Shown piece after piece: positions 19,255 to 28,649 of a DNA stretch of 64,000 bases. The notes under the pieces were generated by a model. The model did no database searches and was not told where the DNA came from. It worked only from the letters and a program-made list of their open reading frames with translations. Numbering within the stretch: position 1 is the stretch's first letter; each line of letters starts with the position of its first letter. Made by a program: the position numbers and the translations under genes. Origin of the DNA: an uncultured delta proteobacterium (GTDB taxonomy: Bacteria > Myxococcota_A > Polyangia > Fen-1088); contig CAVTRY010000022.1 in the NCBI GenBank assembly GCA_963737265.1, positions 64,001 to 128,000 of the forward strand, read 5' to 3'.

Positions 19255-22200
19255 ATGAGGATGACCATGCCCAGATTTCAGGTTCGCTGGCTGGCGTTCG
19301 CGGGCTTCGCGTACGCTCTTGCCGGTTGCAGCTTTTCGCCAAACATTCCGAATGGCCACATCAGCTGCCAAACACAGGCTGATTGTCCATCCGGCTACAC
19401 CTGTGAGCAGGTCCAGTTTCCGAAGACTGTTGCGCAGCCTCCATTGGTCAGAGTGTGCTGCAAGGGTACGGCCTGTGGGGCCAACCTCCCTCAGGACGTA
19501 ATCTCGAAGCTTCTATCTCTCGACGGTGGCAACGATGGTCCGACGACCACCGACGTCGCTCGCGCCGGGGACGGCAGCTCCGATGCCATCGGCAATGCCC
19601 GTCCGGACGCACGTTCAATTGACGAGGCAGTCGATGTTCCGCAGACTCAAATTCCAGATGCGCCCTATGCCGGCGAGGTTACCACTTCCAACGGAGGCCA
19701 AGGTGGGACCTCGGTCGGAGCCCAAGGGGGCAACACGACGGGCGGCGCAGGAATCTCAGCGGGCGGGAGTTCTGTGGGCGGCGGGCCTCAGGGTGGCACA
19801 ACCGGCGCAGGCGGTTTCCCAGCGGTGGGCAATCCAGCAGGGGGCAATTCGCTCGCTGGCAGCCTTGCCGGCGCAAACCCGGCCGGTGGCAATCCGGCGG
19901 CGGGAAATCCCGCGGCTGGTGGTTCTGCCGGCGGCGGGCCTCAGGGTGGCATTACCGGCGCGGGCGGTTCCCCGGGAGCGGGCAATTCAGCAGGAGGCAA
20001 TTCGCTCGCGGGCAGTCTTGCCGGCGGAAACCCAGCTGGTGGCAACCCGACGGCGGGAAATCCCGCGGCTGGCGGCTCTGCCGGCGGCAGCCCCGCGGGT
20101 GGGATCCCAGATGGTGGCGCTAGTGGCGGAACCACTGGCGGCGGAGCCGGAGGGGCCACGGTCGTCATCGATGACCCCACCTGCTCCTCCTTCACCGTTC
20201 CAAGGACCGTCAAACTGACACCGCAGGATCCGGGGGCCGCGACGAAGCTGGTGCTAATGTCCCAGAACGACAAGATCACCATGTTGTCTGGCGACAAGGT
20301 CGTCAATTGGAGTGGCGACACCGCATTCCGCTCCCTCGGCGTTGCTAGCGCAGGCGTCACGGACTTCCCCATGCGCGATGGACCGCGCGGCGTGCGCAAT
20401 ATCAATGGCGAGATCGGCACCACGTGGGCCGTTGCCGAGGCGCGCGCGGCTTCCTTCGATCTGGACCTCGAATACCAGGTCGGCAAGTACCAGGGGCTGG
20501 ACATGCGCGCGGCGAAAGACGATCTCGCGCTCGCGCCTACGGTCAACCTGCTTCGCCACCCGCGCTGGGCGCGCGCCCAGGAAACCTATGGCGAGGATCC
20601 CGTATTGCAAGGCGAGATGGGTGCTGCCTACGTGCGAGGAATGCAGCAGGAGGGCAACACCGCCGCTTGCCCCAAGCACTTCGTTGGCAACGACACCGAC
20701 AATAATCGCGGCACCGCCGACCCCATTTACGACGAACAGACCCTGCGCGAGAACTACACGCGGCCTTTCGAGATCGTGGTCAAGAAGGGAGATCCGGCGT
20801 GCATCATGGCGGCCTATAACCTGGTCAACGACACGCACTGCACGGAAAACAAGCATATCCTGACCGATATTCTGCGTACCGACTGGGGCTGGGCCGGTTT
20901 CGTGGTGAGCGACTGGGATGCGACGGTGGTCGGCCACGGCGCCGCGTCGATAAACGCGGGCCTCGATCTCGAAATGCCGAATCCCCAGGCGTTCACCACC
21001 CTCGCTGGCGACTTGGCCGCAGGAAACACTACCACCGCCACGCTCAACCAGTCCGTCCTGCGCATTCTCAACGCGCGCATCAAGCTCAATGACTTCGATC
21101 CCGCCTACGAGGCCGCCACGAAGACGTCCGGCCATGCCTCCGACACGGCGAACGTCAATCTCGCGGAACGAACCGAGCTGGAGGGCGCGGTTCTGCTCAA
21201 GAACGACGGCATTCTCCCGCTCGGAGCCACGGCGACCGTGGTCGGCAGCGGGACTCCTAACGTCAAGACCATCGCCATCGTCGGCCCCGACAACAACCTG
21301 CCCGTCATGCCGCAAAACGGCGTTGCCGGATCGGTCTCGGGGCTGGGTGATCGCGGAACCAGTCAGACCTCGCCGCCGCACGTGGTTTCCTACTACCAGG
21401 GCTTGACGAACCACGGTGGCGTCGTGATCAACCAAAGCGCGGACTCCTCCGCGGCGGCAGGGGCGGACGTGGTCATCATTCCGGTCTCGATGGCTCACGA
21501 GGATGAGGGCGAGGCTTACGGTGGGGGCGCCGACCGCCAGAACATGAACTTGACCACGATCCACCCCCTGCACTGGACCACGAAACCGACAGCCTTCATC
21601 GCGAGCGTCGCCGCCATCAACCCGAACGTCATCGTGCTGCTCAACGTGGGTAGCGCCGTCATCGTCGAGGACTGGATGGCCAGCGCCAAGGCTATCATCC
21701 AGACCTTCTATCCCGGGCAGGAAGGCGGAACCGCCCTGGCGACGCTGCTGTTTGGCGACACCAATTTCTCGGGCAAGCTCCCCTTCACGGTCGGACAGAA
21801 CGAAGCCGACTATCCGCAGTTCCAGAACAGCGGCGGGGCAGCGACGACCATCGACTACTACCACGGCTACCGCTTGTTCGAAAAGAACGCCAAGCCGGTG
21901 CGCTACTGGTTCGGCTACGGCATGAGCTACACGACCTACAAGTACAGCAATCTACAGGTGCAGTGCTCGAAGGTTTCGCCAAACGGTCGCCTCAATGTTC
22001 AGGTCACGGTCCAGAACACCGGCGCGGTTGCCGGGGACGAGATCGTTCAGCTCTACATCGGCTATCCGAACAGCAAGGCGCCCAAGCGGCCGGTCAAGGA
22101 GCTCAAAGCCTTCACGCGGGTTACGCTCGCTCCTGGCGCGAGCCAGAACGTCCAGCTCTCCGTGCCCGCGACGGACACAGCCTATTGGGATGTAACCAAG

Positions 22201-22296
22201 AATGCCTGGACGGTCGAGTCGGTGGCACACACGGTTCTGGTGGGGCCGAGCGCCGATCCAACTCAGCTTTTGTCAGCATCCTTCACGATCCAGTAG
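19255..22296 (+). CDS. GH3 beta-glucosidase-family lipoprotein, paralog 2 (Cys-rich N-terminus, Gly-rich linker)
   Basis: Lipobox 'LAGC'; 'CQTQADCPSGYTC'; catalytic region closely similar to 12593-14722. Confidence 0.92.
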   Translation: MRMTMPRFQVRWLAFAGFAYALAGCSFSPNIPNGHISCQTQADCPSGYTCEQVQFPKTVAQPPLVRVCCKGTACGANLPQDVISKLLSLDGGNDGPTTTDVARAGDGSSDAIGNARPDARSIDEAVDVPQTQIPDAPYAGEVTTSNGGQGGTSVGAQGGNTTGGAGISAGGSSVGGGPQGGTTGAGGFPAVGNPAGGNSLAGSLAGANPAGGNPAAGNPAAGGSAGGGPQGGITGAGGSPGAGNSAGGNSLAGSLAGGNPAGGNPTAGNPAAGGSAGGSPAGGIPDGGASGGTTGGGAGGATVVIDDPTCSSFTVPRTVKLTPQDPGAATKLVLMSQNDKITMLSGDKVVNWSGDTAFRSLGVASAGVTDFPMRDGPRGVRNINGEIGTTWAVAEARAASFDLDLEYQVGKYQGLDMRAAKDDLALAPTVNLLRHPRWARAQETYGEDPVLQGEMGAAYVRGMQQEGNTAACPKHFVGNDTDNNRGTADPIYDEQTLRENYTRPFEIVVKKGDPACIMAAYNLVNDTHCTENKHILTDILRTDWGWAGFVVSDWDATVVGHGAASINAGLDLEMPNPQAFTTLAGDLAAGNTTTATLNQSVLRILNARIKLNDFDPAYEAATKTSGHASDTANVNLAERTELEGAVLLKNDGILPLGATATVVGSGTPNVKTIAIVGPDNNLPVMPQNGVAGSVSGLGDRGTSQTSPPHVVSYYQGLTNHGGVVINQSADSSAAAGADVVIIPVSMAHEDEGEAYGGGADRQNMNLTTIHPLHWTTKPTAFIASVAAINPNVIVLLNVGSAVIVEDWMASAKAIIQTFYPGQEGGTALATLLFGDTNFSGKLPFTVGQNEADYPQFQNSGGAATTIDYYHGYRLFEKNAKPVRYWFGYGMSYTTYKYSNLQVQCSKVSPNGRLNVQVTVQNTGAVAGDEIVQLYIGYPNSKAPKRPVKELKAFTRVTLAPGASQNVQLSVPATDTAYWDVTKNAWTVESVAHTVLVGPSADPTQLLSASFTIQ
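19775..20100 (+). repeat. Intragenic tandem duplication of a ~51-codon Gly-rich unit
   Basis: 'GGGPQGG.TGAGG.P..GN.AGGNSLAGSLAG.NPAGGNP.AGNPAAGGSAGG' occurs twice. Confidence 0.75.
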
Positions 22297-22346
22297 AAGG
22301 CCCGTCCCGCGCCAAGGTGCGGAAGTGGTGCACGAGTGCTGTCAGG

Positions 22347-22397
22347 TTGGAAGGCGGCGACCGCCAAGCTGAGAGGATCGGCTGCTGGCGGGCTGCC
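22347..22397. repeat. 51-bp perfect direct repeat (second copy 24484-24534, inside the LysM gene)
   Basis: TTGGAAGGCGGCGACCGCCAAGCTGAGAGGATCGGCTGCTGGCGGGCTGCC is identical at both positions. Confidence 0.9.
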
Positions 22398-22468
22398 ATG
22401 GGCAGCTCGGCCTGCGTGGGCGATGCACATCAGTTAGCTGGAAGCCCACAGTCGGCGACAAAATTCCG

Positions 22469-22825
22469 CTAAACGTGTTCCAACGCTTCAACGACGAAAT
22501 GATTCAAGCTTTCGCCTCTAGCCATCGCCTTCAGCGCTAGTTTCCTGTGCGTTGCGGGTGCGATCCTGACCACGAATTTGCCACTGTATTCCCGGCCTAG
22601 CTGACTCGCTGGTTCGGGCATCTTCTTGTCGAGCACATCTTGCGCGAGGTCTTCGACGATGGTCGCCAGTTGCGCGGCCACTTCCATCTCGGTATCCCCG
22701 TGACAGCACTGGCCGACCAGAGGCGGAGCGCTGCCCACGTAGCAGCGATCTTCCTCGCTCCACTCGATGATGCGAGGGTAGCGCGCCACCAGACGACGGA
22801 TCTCCTCTTTACGCTTCGTGCTCAT
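22469..22825 (-). CDS. hicB: HicB-family antitoxin
   Basis: 'YPRIIEWSEED..YVGSAP.L.G..CHGDT', 'EYSGKFVVRI.P..HRKLA..A...GESLN'; ATGA overlap with hicA. Confidence 0.88.
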   Translation of the reverse strand: MSTKRKEEIRRLVARYPRIIEWSEEDRCYVGSAPPLVGQCCHGDTEMEVAAQLATIVEDLAQDVLDKKMPEPASQLGREYSGKFVVRIAPATHRKLALKAMARGESLNHFVVEALEHV

Positions 22826-23019
22826 TTTTGCCCCTTCTTGATGATGCTGCGGACCTGCTTTTCTTGATACCGTCGGGCGTCGTCGCCGTCCTGTCCCGAG
22901 AGAATCACCGTGGCACCATCCTTCGGATGCCGAAACTTGCGATGACTTCCACGCGCGGTTTCCTGGAGGAAACCGGCGCGCTTCAGCTCGGCTATCAGCT
23001 CCCGAAGTTTCCGCGGCAC
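22822..23019 (-). CDS. hicA: HicA-family toxin
   Basis: 65 aa, 'ELIAELKRAGF....RGSHRKFRHP'. Confidence 0.88.
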   Translation of the reverse strand: MPRKLRELIAELKRAGFLQETARGSHRKFRHPKDGATVILSGQDGDDARRYQEKQVRSIIKKGQK

Positions 23020-23026
23020 AAATTGA

Positions 23027-23066
23027 TAGTATCACAAATAGTATCACACTGATACTACAATTTCAA
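23027..23066 (-). promoter_or_regulatory. hicAB promoter with palindromic operator
   Basis: Minus-strand TTGAAA-17bp-TACTAT; perfect palindrome TAGTATCA-cac-TGATACTA at 23039-23057 plus an extra half-site at 23027-23034. Confidence 0.65.
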
Positions 23067-23103
23067 GGCGCAACGACCACCAGAAGCGCGGGCTGCCGGC
23101 TAC

Positions 23104-23681
23104 GGGTGCCTCCCTGAAACGGGGGCCCCAGCCGGGGGCTCGGTGAGGTAGCAACTTCTGGCGGAGTGCCGCCGAAAACGCAGATATGGAACAGCGAGGA
23201 ACGGAGAAACAGAGACAGGATGACTTTACTGGGCAAATTATCGCCGCCTGCATCGAAGTCCACCGTCACCTCGGTCCCGGGCTGCTTGAGTCGGCCTACG
23301 AGCACTGCCTGGCGCGCGAGCTAGGCCTGCGTGGATTTCGCACGCAACGTCAGGTCGCGATTCCTCCGCAGTACAAAGGCATTGACCTCGACTGCGGCTA
23401 TCGCCTCGACCTCATGGTGGAAGGCCGTTTGGTCGTCGAAGTCAAGGCGGTAGAGCAGTTGCTTCCTGTCCACTTGGCACAGGTCATTACCTATCTCAAG
23501 CTCCTACGACTGCCGGTGGGCCTGCTCGTCAATTTCCACGTCCCCGTACTTCGCGAGGGTCTCCGCCGCCTCTCAACCCAACCCGTGATCCCTCTGGTCC
23601 TCCGTTCCTCCCTGTTTTTCCCTCCGATCCCACCTGCGCGGGGCGAGGTGAAGCCCCAGCCCCCATTTCAGGGAAGCACCC
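23104..23681 (+). mobile_element. GxxExxY-carrying TIR element, copy 2 (578 bp)
   Basis: TIRs GGGTGC(C/T)TCCCTGAAA(C/T)GGGGGC; 9-bp TSD GCCGGCTAC at 23095-23103 and 23682-23690. Confidence 0.95.
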
Positions 23682-23701
23682 GCCGGCTACCAGGAGATTG
23701 A
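23186..23701 (+). CDS. GxxExxY protein (PD-(D/E)XK nuclease family)
   Basis: 'IIAACIEVHRHLGPGLLESAY', 'YRLDLMVEGRLVVEVKAV', 'AQVITYLKL...GLLVNF'. Confidence 0.92.
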   Translation: MEQRGTEKQRQDDFTGQIIAACIEVHRHLGPGLLESAYEHCLARELGLRGFRTQRQVAIPPQYKGIDLDCGYRLDLMVEGRLVVEVKAVEQLLPVHLAQVITYLKLLRLPVGLLVNFHVPVLREGLRRLSTQPVIPLVLRSSLFFPPIPPARGEVKPQPPFQGSTRRLPGD

Positions 23702-23726
23702 CCTTCGAGGTAGGAAAGACTACTCT
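23698..23726 (+). promoter_or_regulatory. Putative sigma70 promoter of abrB-vapC (probably leaderless)
   Basis: TTGACC-17bp-TACTCT, 6 nt before ATG 23733. Confidence 0.6.
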
Positions 23727-23732
23727 CAAGGT

Positions 23733-23972
23733 ATGAAATCCGCGATTTCGGAGAAAGGCCAGGTTACCATCCCGAAGTCGGTGCGGGATCGTCTGGGTCT
23801 CCGTCCGGGAACCTTGATCGAGTTTCGAGCCGAGAACGGCCGACTGGTTGGGGCCAAGTCCGTTCCCGAGGACGCTTTCCGCAAGTGGCGAGGCCGAGGT
23901 CACTTGCCTGGCGGAATGACCGTCGACACGTACCTTGCTCGGGCGAGGGGCACGGGTGCGCACGGCGGTTGA
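23733..23972 (+). CDS. AbrB/MazE/SpoVT-family antitoxin
   Basis: 'ISEKGQVTIPKSVRDRLGLRPGT.IEF'. Confidence 0.9.
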   Translation: MKSAISEKGQVTIPKSVRDRLGLRPGTLIEFRAENGRLVGAKSVPEDAFRKWRGRGHLPGGMTVDTYLARARGTGAHGG

Positions 23973-24369
23973 CAGCAGTGTTCTCCTCGATGTCCTGATC
24001 GCCGATCCACGCTTCGTGGAGTCATCCGAGCAGAGCCTGCGGCATGCTGCGGGCGAAGGCGCGCTGTTGCTGTGCGAATGCGTGCTGGCCGAGATCACGC
24101 CCGTGGTGGGAGCACCCGCCATCGACGAATTCCTGGCAGACTGGAACCTTGCCTTCGTACCGTCCACCATCGAGAGCGCTAAGCTTGCGGGCGACATGTA
24201 CCACAGCTACTTGCGACGCAGCACCCGACCGGCCCAGCGGGTGGTTCCGGACTTTCTCATCGGTGCCCACGCCGTGTGCCTGGCCGATCGGCTGCTGGCC
24301 AGGGATCGCGGCTACTACCGAGACTATTTCAAACGGCTCCGCGTGGTCGAACCCCAGGTGCGGCGCTAG
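23956..24369 (+). CDS. vapC: PIN-domain (VapC) toxin
   Basis: 'TAVDSSVLLD', 'CVLAE', 'PDFLIGAHA', 'LLARDRG'; overlaps the antitoxin stop. Confidence 0.88.
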   Translation: MRTAVDSSVLLDVLIADPRFVESSEQSLRHAAGEGALLLCECVLAEITPVVGAPAIDEFLADWNLAFVPSTIESAKLAGDMYHSYLRRSTRPAQRVVPDFLIGAHAVCLADRLLARDRGYYRDYFKRLRVVEPQVRR

Positions 24370-24402
24370 CGCGCACCTGCTGGCTGCGGCTTTCGTCGCC
24401 CG

Positions 24403-25113
24403 TCAGGTACCGCCGTGAGCCTCGATTAGCTTGCAGCGCGTATCGTCGTCGATCACTCCGGTGACCTCCAAGCCCATGTCTTCTTGGAAGGCGGCGACCG
24501 CCAAGCTGAGAGGATCGGCTGCTGGCGGGCTGCCGTCATCGGCCCCGTTAGCACCCGTTGCATCCGTTGCGGCGTCTTCGCCCTGGCCGGCGTGGTAGCC
24601 GAGATTGGTGAGGCGCTGGCGCACGCCTTCGTCGGTTTCGGGTGCGAACAGGGCGCCGAGATCGAGATCCCAGACGTTGCGAATTCCCGTCTTGTCGCCA
24701 GCGTCCCAGATAACCAGTTGTGCCGCGGTTAATTTCACGGGAATTTTGCACTCGACGCGGCCGTCGCCAGTGGTGCTTCCTTCAATGGGCGTATCGAGGC
24801 TGGGCGCACGCAGCTCGAAGGTCTTGCCGGCCAAGGGCTCGCCCTCGCCGTCCTTGACCACGATGTTCAACTTGGAACGCGGCCGAGGAATGACGATGCG
24901 GTGTCGCTTGCCTGTTTCAAGCACGAACACCCTTTGCGCAATCTCGGGAATTGCCACCACGTCGCCGGGGAAAATCGCGCTGGGATGCTTGCGTTTCTGG
25001 CGCAGGTCGGCGTTGTCGGCGTGGTTGTAGATGGCCGCCCAGTCCTCGAACCGGTACTTGGTCGCGATTTGCGACGGGGACTCGCCAGGTTGTACGACGT
25101 GTTTTCCTGCCAT
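24403..25113 (-). CDS. LysM plus peptidoglycan-binding domain protein
   Basis: 'HVVQPGESPSQIA...IYN...N...IFPGDVVAIP'; 'GVRQRLTNLGY', 'AVAAFQEDMGLEVTGVIDDDTR'. Confidence 0.8.
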   Translation of the reverse strand: MAGKHVVQPGESPSQIATKYRFEDWAAIYNHADNADLRQKRKHPSAIFPGDVVAIPEIAQRVFVLETGKRHRIVIPRPRSKLNIVVKDGEGEPLAGKTFELRAPSLDTPIEGSTTGDGRVECKIPVKLTAAQLVIWDAGDKTGIRNVWDLDLGALFAPETDEGVRQRLTNLGYHAGQGEDAATDATGANGADDGSPPAADPLSLAVAAFQEDMGLEVTGVIDDDTRCKLIEAHGGT

Positions 25114-25341
25114 CGCCGGTGGTTTCAAGCGTAATCAATGGGTGGGCGCGCGACAATGGATTTCGCGGCCGGAATTTCGCGGCCATTTCCAATCACCCGT
25201 CCCCGTTTTGCTGTCCCTGTTTTGCTTTCCCCGTTTCGCTTTCCGTTTTGCGCCGTCTTCGTTTAGGCTTCCGGTCTTATGGGCGACTCGGCCACTTTGC
25301 CTTCCACCTTGTCTTCTACCTTTCCTGCGGCGTCCTTGCTC

Positions 25342-25714
25342 GTGGTGCCACGCGATCATGGCGGAACCGTCAGCGGCGTACTGGTCGCGCGCGACAGCGG
25401 CTACCTGGCGGTCGAAGTTTAGTTCCATGGCGATACCGTTGCCGGGCTCGAGGTTCAGTTCTATTTCGCCGACGACGACGGCAAACGCGGTGATGCCATC
25501 GGCGACGTGGTGCTCACCGACGACGACGGCATCGCTCGCGCCGCGCGCGTCGTGCCCGCGGGTCTGTACGTGTGCGCGGTGGAAAACCAGGACGACCTGG
25601 TGGTGCCCACGGTCGCTGATTTCGCCGATGCCTATCCGGTCGTGCTTCCGGTGGGGCGGTCGTACGTCGACCTGAACGACGGCGTCGAGTTCGGTAGCCA
25701 GGACGAGAACGAGG
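25342..25714 (+). pseudogene. Acidic hypothetical protein with in-frame TAG at 25420-25422
   Basis: One frame with coding-like GC3 bias on both sides of the stop (…SGYLAVEV*FHGDTVAGLEVQFYF…VLTDDDGIAR…). Confidence 0.5.
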
Positions 25715-26311
25715 ATGAATCTATCGTTCTACTTCCTCGCCAACTGGTCACCGCGGCCGGCTCCTGTCAGCAAGGGCACGCGTGAGGAACGTGTGCGCGG
25801 CAACGACCGCTACATGGTGTACGTCCACTCGAAGTTCATGATCGTCGACGACCGCTACTTCATCCTGGGCAGCGCGAACCTGAACGAGCGCAGCCAAAAC
25901 GGCGGTCGCGACAGCGAGATCGCGTGCGGGGTGTGGCCCGGGTACAGCCACGACATCGTGGCCTTGAAGACCATTCGGGACTTTCGGCTCGGTATCTGGA
26001 AGGCCCATTTCGGCCCAGGCATCGCCTCGTCGAACAATCCCGAGTCCGCTGTCTGCGTGTCCTCCGTGCAGGCTATCGGCGACCAGAACTACATGGCCTT
26101 TCGCACGCTAGCCGCGCCCCCGAACGGCCACGCCTGCCGCTGGCCGTACAAGCTCGATGGAAAAGAGCTGACGGTCGCTCCGAGCAGATCATATGGCGTA
26201 TTCGACGGACCTAAGCTGTTGCCCGACAGTCCGACCTTTGGGAAGGGGTGGCAGTGGAATTCACCGGGATCGTGGTTTGTCGAGTTGTTGTTCAGCAGCA
26301 AGGCCGAGTAA
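25715..26311 (+). pseudogene. Phospholipase D C-terminal fragment (single HKD motif)
   Basis: 'YVHSKFMIVDDRYFILGSANLNERSQNGGRDSEIA'; the first HKD half is missing. Confidence 0.75.
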
Positions 26312-27544
26312 CTACTTGGAAGCGGGTAGGGGCCTGGGGTGGTATCGCGTCGAGAGCTTCACGAGCCGGCTATCCCTCACGTCGTCTTCCGCGCCCCGAT
26401 TGATGGGCATGTCGGCGAGCCTTTGGCTCGATATCGTCGTATCCCCGGGACGGAAGTAGGGCCGATAGTCTGGCGAAGCGTGGCCAATCACGGCGCCGCT
26501 GATTTGCGTTGCGCCAATCGAGAAGATCATCGTTCTGCGCCCCGTGAACTGCTTTTCGGCGAGCAGCCTTGCCAGTCCGTTGACCCATGCCTGCGCACGC
26601 GCATCGACGGATGCCTTCGCTGGGGCCGGAACTTGCAAGGGAAGAACCGTGTCTCTTGGCATTTTCTCCACGATGTCATTGGCCGTGAGGTAGGCGTCAC
26701 TGTCCGTCTCATCCTTGGCCGTTTTCGGATCCTTTCCGCGGATCACATCCGTCTCCGCGAAAAGAAGCAGGTCTCCGGCGACGGCCAAACTATCGATATC
26801 ATCCGTCGCACGCTCGTCGTAATCGGTTCCACTCGGCCCCCGCGCGAGCTCCGGCGTTCCATCTCCGCCGGGTGTTGTCGTGTGATAGTGCGTCGCCGCC
26901 GGGTCCGTGATGGCCTGAAACCGTTTGTAGGCATGGGCGACTCGGAACAGGGTGCTCACCTTCTCGCGGCCTTCGTTCTTGGCGATGAACATGGCCTGCT
27001 CGCCTGCATCAACGAAAACGGAATTGGCCCAGTACTTGTCGAAGATGAGCGGACTCGGCAGGGTCAGCTCCGGGGTTTTCATCTCGACGCCCTCCACCCA
27101 CAACAAGTCCATCTTGATGAGCGGGGCCGGCTCGCGCTGAGGTCCGCCCAGGCGTTCTTCCACCGCCGCCATCATGCCCAGAATCTGCTCCACCGGCAGA
27201 TCGCTCTTGAACGCCACCGCCTCGGCAAGGAAATCGCGCTTGCGTTCTTGATCGTGATACCACTCGATATCGGACCCGCCGCCGCCGTAGTCGATGACCC
27301 CCGCTGCGGTCAGCAGATCCCTGGCGGCGTTGAGCAGCGCCACGCGGCTGCCCGAGTAGGAACGAAACGCGATAACGAAAGGACGTTGACCCATCTTGTT
27401 CACCGTCTCCATGTGTTTCTGGGCCGAGCCGCAGCCCACTCCAGAGCAGCAGCTTGTCAGCGCCAGCAGTACTTGCATCCCCACCAAAGCCGGGAGGGAC
27501 GACCGGTTTGGTTGGTTCGGAGCGAGCTCACCGCCTCGACGCAT
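26312..27544 (-). CDS. Putative lipoprotein with degenerate FolK/HPPK-like N-terminal domain
   Basis: 'VLLALTSCC' lipobox-like; 'FVIAFRSYSGSR', 'DFLAEAVAFKSDLPVEQIL..VEERLGG', 'IKMDLLW', 'PELTLPSP' follow HPPK motif order. Start may be ATG 27478. Confidence 0.55.
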   Translation of the reverse strand: MRRGGELAPNQPNRSSLPALVGMQVLLALTSCCSGVGCGSAQKHMETVNKMGQRPFVIAFRSYSGSRVALLNAARDLLTAAGVIDYGGGGSDIEWYHDQERKRDFLAEAVAFKSDLPVEQILGMMAAVEERLGGPQREPAPLIKMDLLWVEGVEMKTPELTLPSPLIFDKYWANSVFVDAGEQAMFIAKNEGREKVSTLFRVAHAYKRFQAITDPAATHYHTTTPGGDGTPELARGPSGTDYDERATDDIDSLAVAGDLLLFAETDVIRGKDPKTAKDETDSDAYLTANDIVEKMPRDTVLPLQVPAPAKASVDARAQAWVNGLARLLAEKQFTGRRTMIFSIGATQISGAVIGHASPDYRPYFRPGDTTISSQRLADMPINRGAEDDVRDSRLVKLSTRYHPRPLPASK

Positions 27545-27587
27545 GCCCGGACAGTAGCATGCACAAAAGCCTTGTCGATCGACTCGG

Positions 27588-28502
27588 CTACTCTGCCACG
27601 CCCTCGTCCGGGGACGTAACCGCCGGGTCTTTGCTCGGAACCTTCACCGTGACCTTTCCCGGCTCGATCTCTTCCAGGCTGTACGCGCCGTCTGCCGGCC
27701 ACCCCACGGATTGCTGGGTCCCGCTGCTCAGGATCATATCGACGGAACCGGGCCAGGGCACGTCCTCGTCGTCGACAATCTCGACGGCGATCCAGGTGAG
27801 CGCGGCTTTGCGCAACTGCGATGGCGTCAGGGCCGGCCCCGTGTCCTTCTCCGGCGCGCGCTCAACCGGCACGCGGCGAAGAAGGATGAGTCCGTCGGGC
27901 TCGGTGAGCGCGTGCCAGTCGCGCGAGAGCTGGTCGCGCGCCTTGACGACAAGCTCGGCCAATTCCGTCGACGTGCCAGGTTGCTTGGCCAGCGCGTCCA
28001 GGATCTGCTTGGCCTCGTCCTGGCGGACCACGTGGTAGTAGTTGCGCTCGGGAAATTTCTCGAAGTCGATGTCGCGGATCAGGCGATAGCGCCGGCCGGA
28101 CTCGGTCAGTTTCCCGCCCGTCTTAGCTTCGATCTCGCGAATCAGACGTCGCTTCGCCACCGCGGGATCGACGGGCCGCGCCGCCAGCACGGCCGGGTCG
28201 ACCTTCAGGATGGCGGCCAAATCGCCGCGCCTTATGCCTTCCTTGATCAGCTGGTTCACCTCGTACTCGTCCAGGGACGACAGCGGGAAGCGCGACAGCC
28301 GGGCGTCGTCGACGAAGCGCCGTATTGCCCATCGGTTCCTCGGCCACAGGCGGCCATACTCCCACAGCGCGTGGAGGGGACTGAGAGCCTCGTACTCACC
28401 CTCGCGACACAGCCGACTGGCATCGAGCCTGCCGACCAAGATGGCCTTGTTCTCAAGCTGCCAAAACGGCGCAATGGTAAGCGAGGGTCCAATCAAATAC
28501 AC
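27588..28502 (-). CDS. Hypothetical protein
   Basis: 304-aa ORF with coding-like codon usage; C-terminal 'TWIAVEIVDDEDVPWPG' module. Confidence 0.6.
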   Translation of the reverse strand: MYLIGPSLTIAPFWQLENKAILVGRLDASRLCREGEYEALSPLHALWEYGRLWPRNRWAIRRFVDDARLSRFPLSSLDEYEVNQLIKEGIRRGDLAAILKVDPAVLAARPVDPAVAKRRLIREIEAKTGGKLTESGRRYRLIRDIDFEKFPERNYYHVVRQDEAKQILDALAKQPGTSTELAELVVKARDQLSRDWHALTEPDGLILLRRVPVERAPEKDTGPALTPSQLRKAALTWIAVEIVDDEDVPWPGSVDMILSSGTQQSVGWPADGAYSLEEIEPGKVTVKVPSKDPAVTSPDEGVAE

Positions 28503-28649
28503 GGCGCTATTTTAGGGCTCGTCCGAAAATAGTCGATACGATTTCGCCGCCGATCCATCCCGACCGGTGCGCGTGCCTTGCCGGTTTCGGCGGGAACCCG
28601 ATGAGGTAGACTGCGCCTCGTGGTCCAAATTGCCCTTTTGCCACGCGAC

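Noticed and set aside
25195-25340. Pyrimidine-rich tract with CGTTTTGC-like repeats
   Set aside because: No consistent unit or structure; could not be assigned to an ncRNA or regulatory family.
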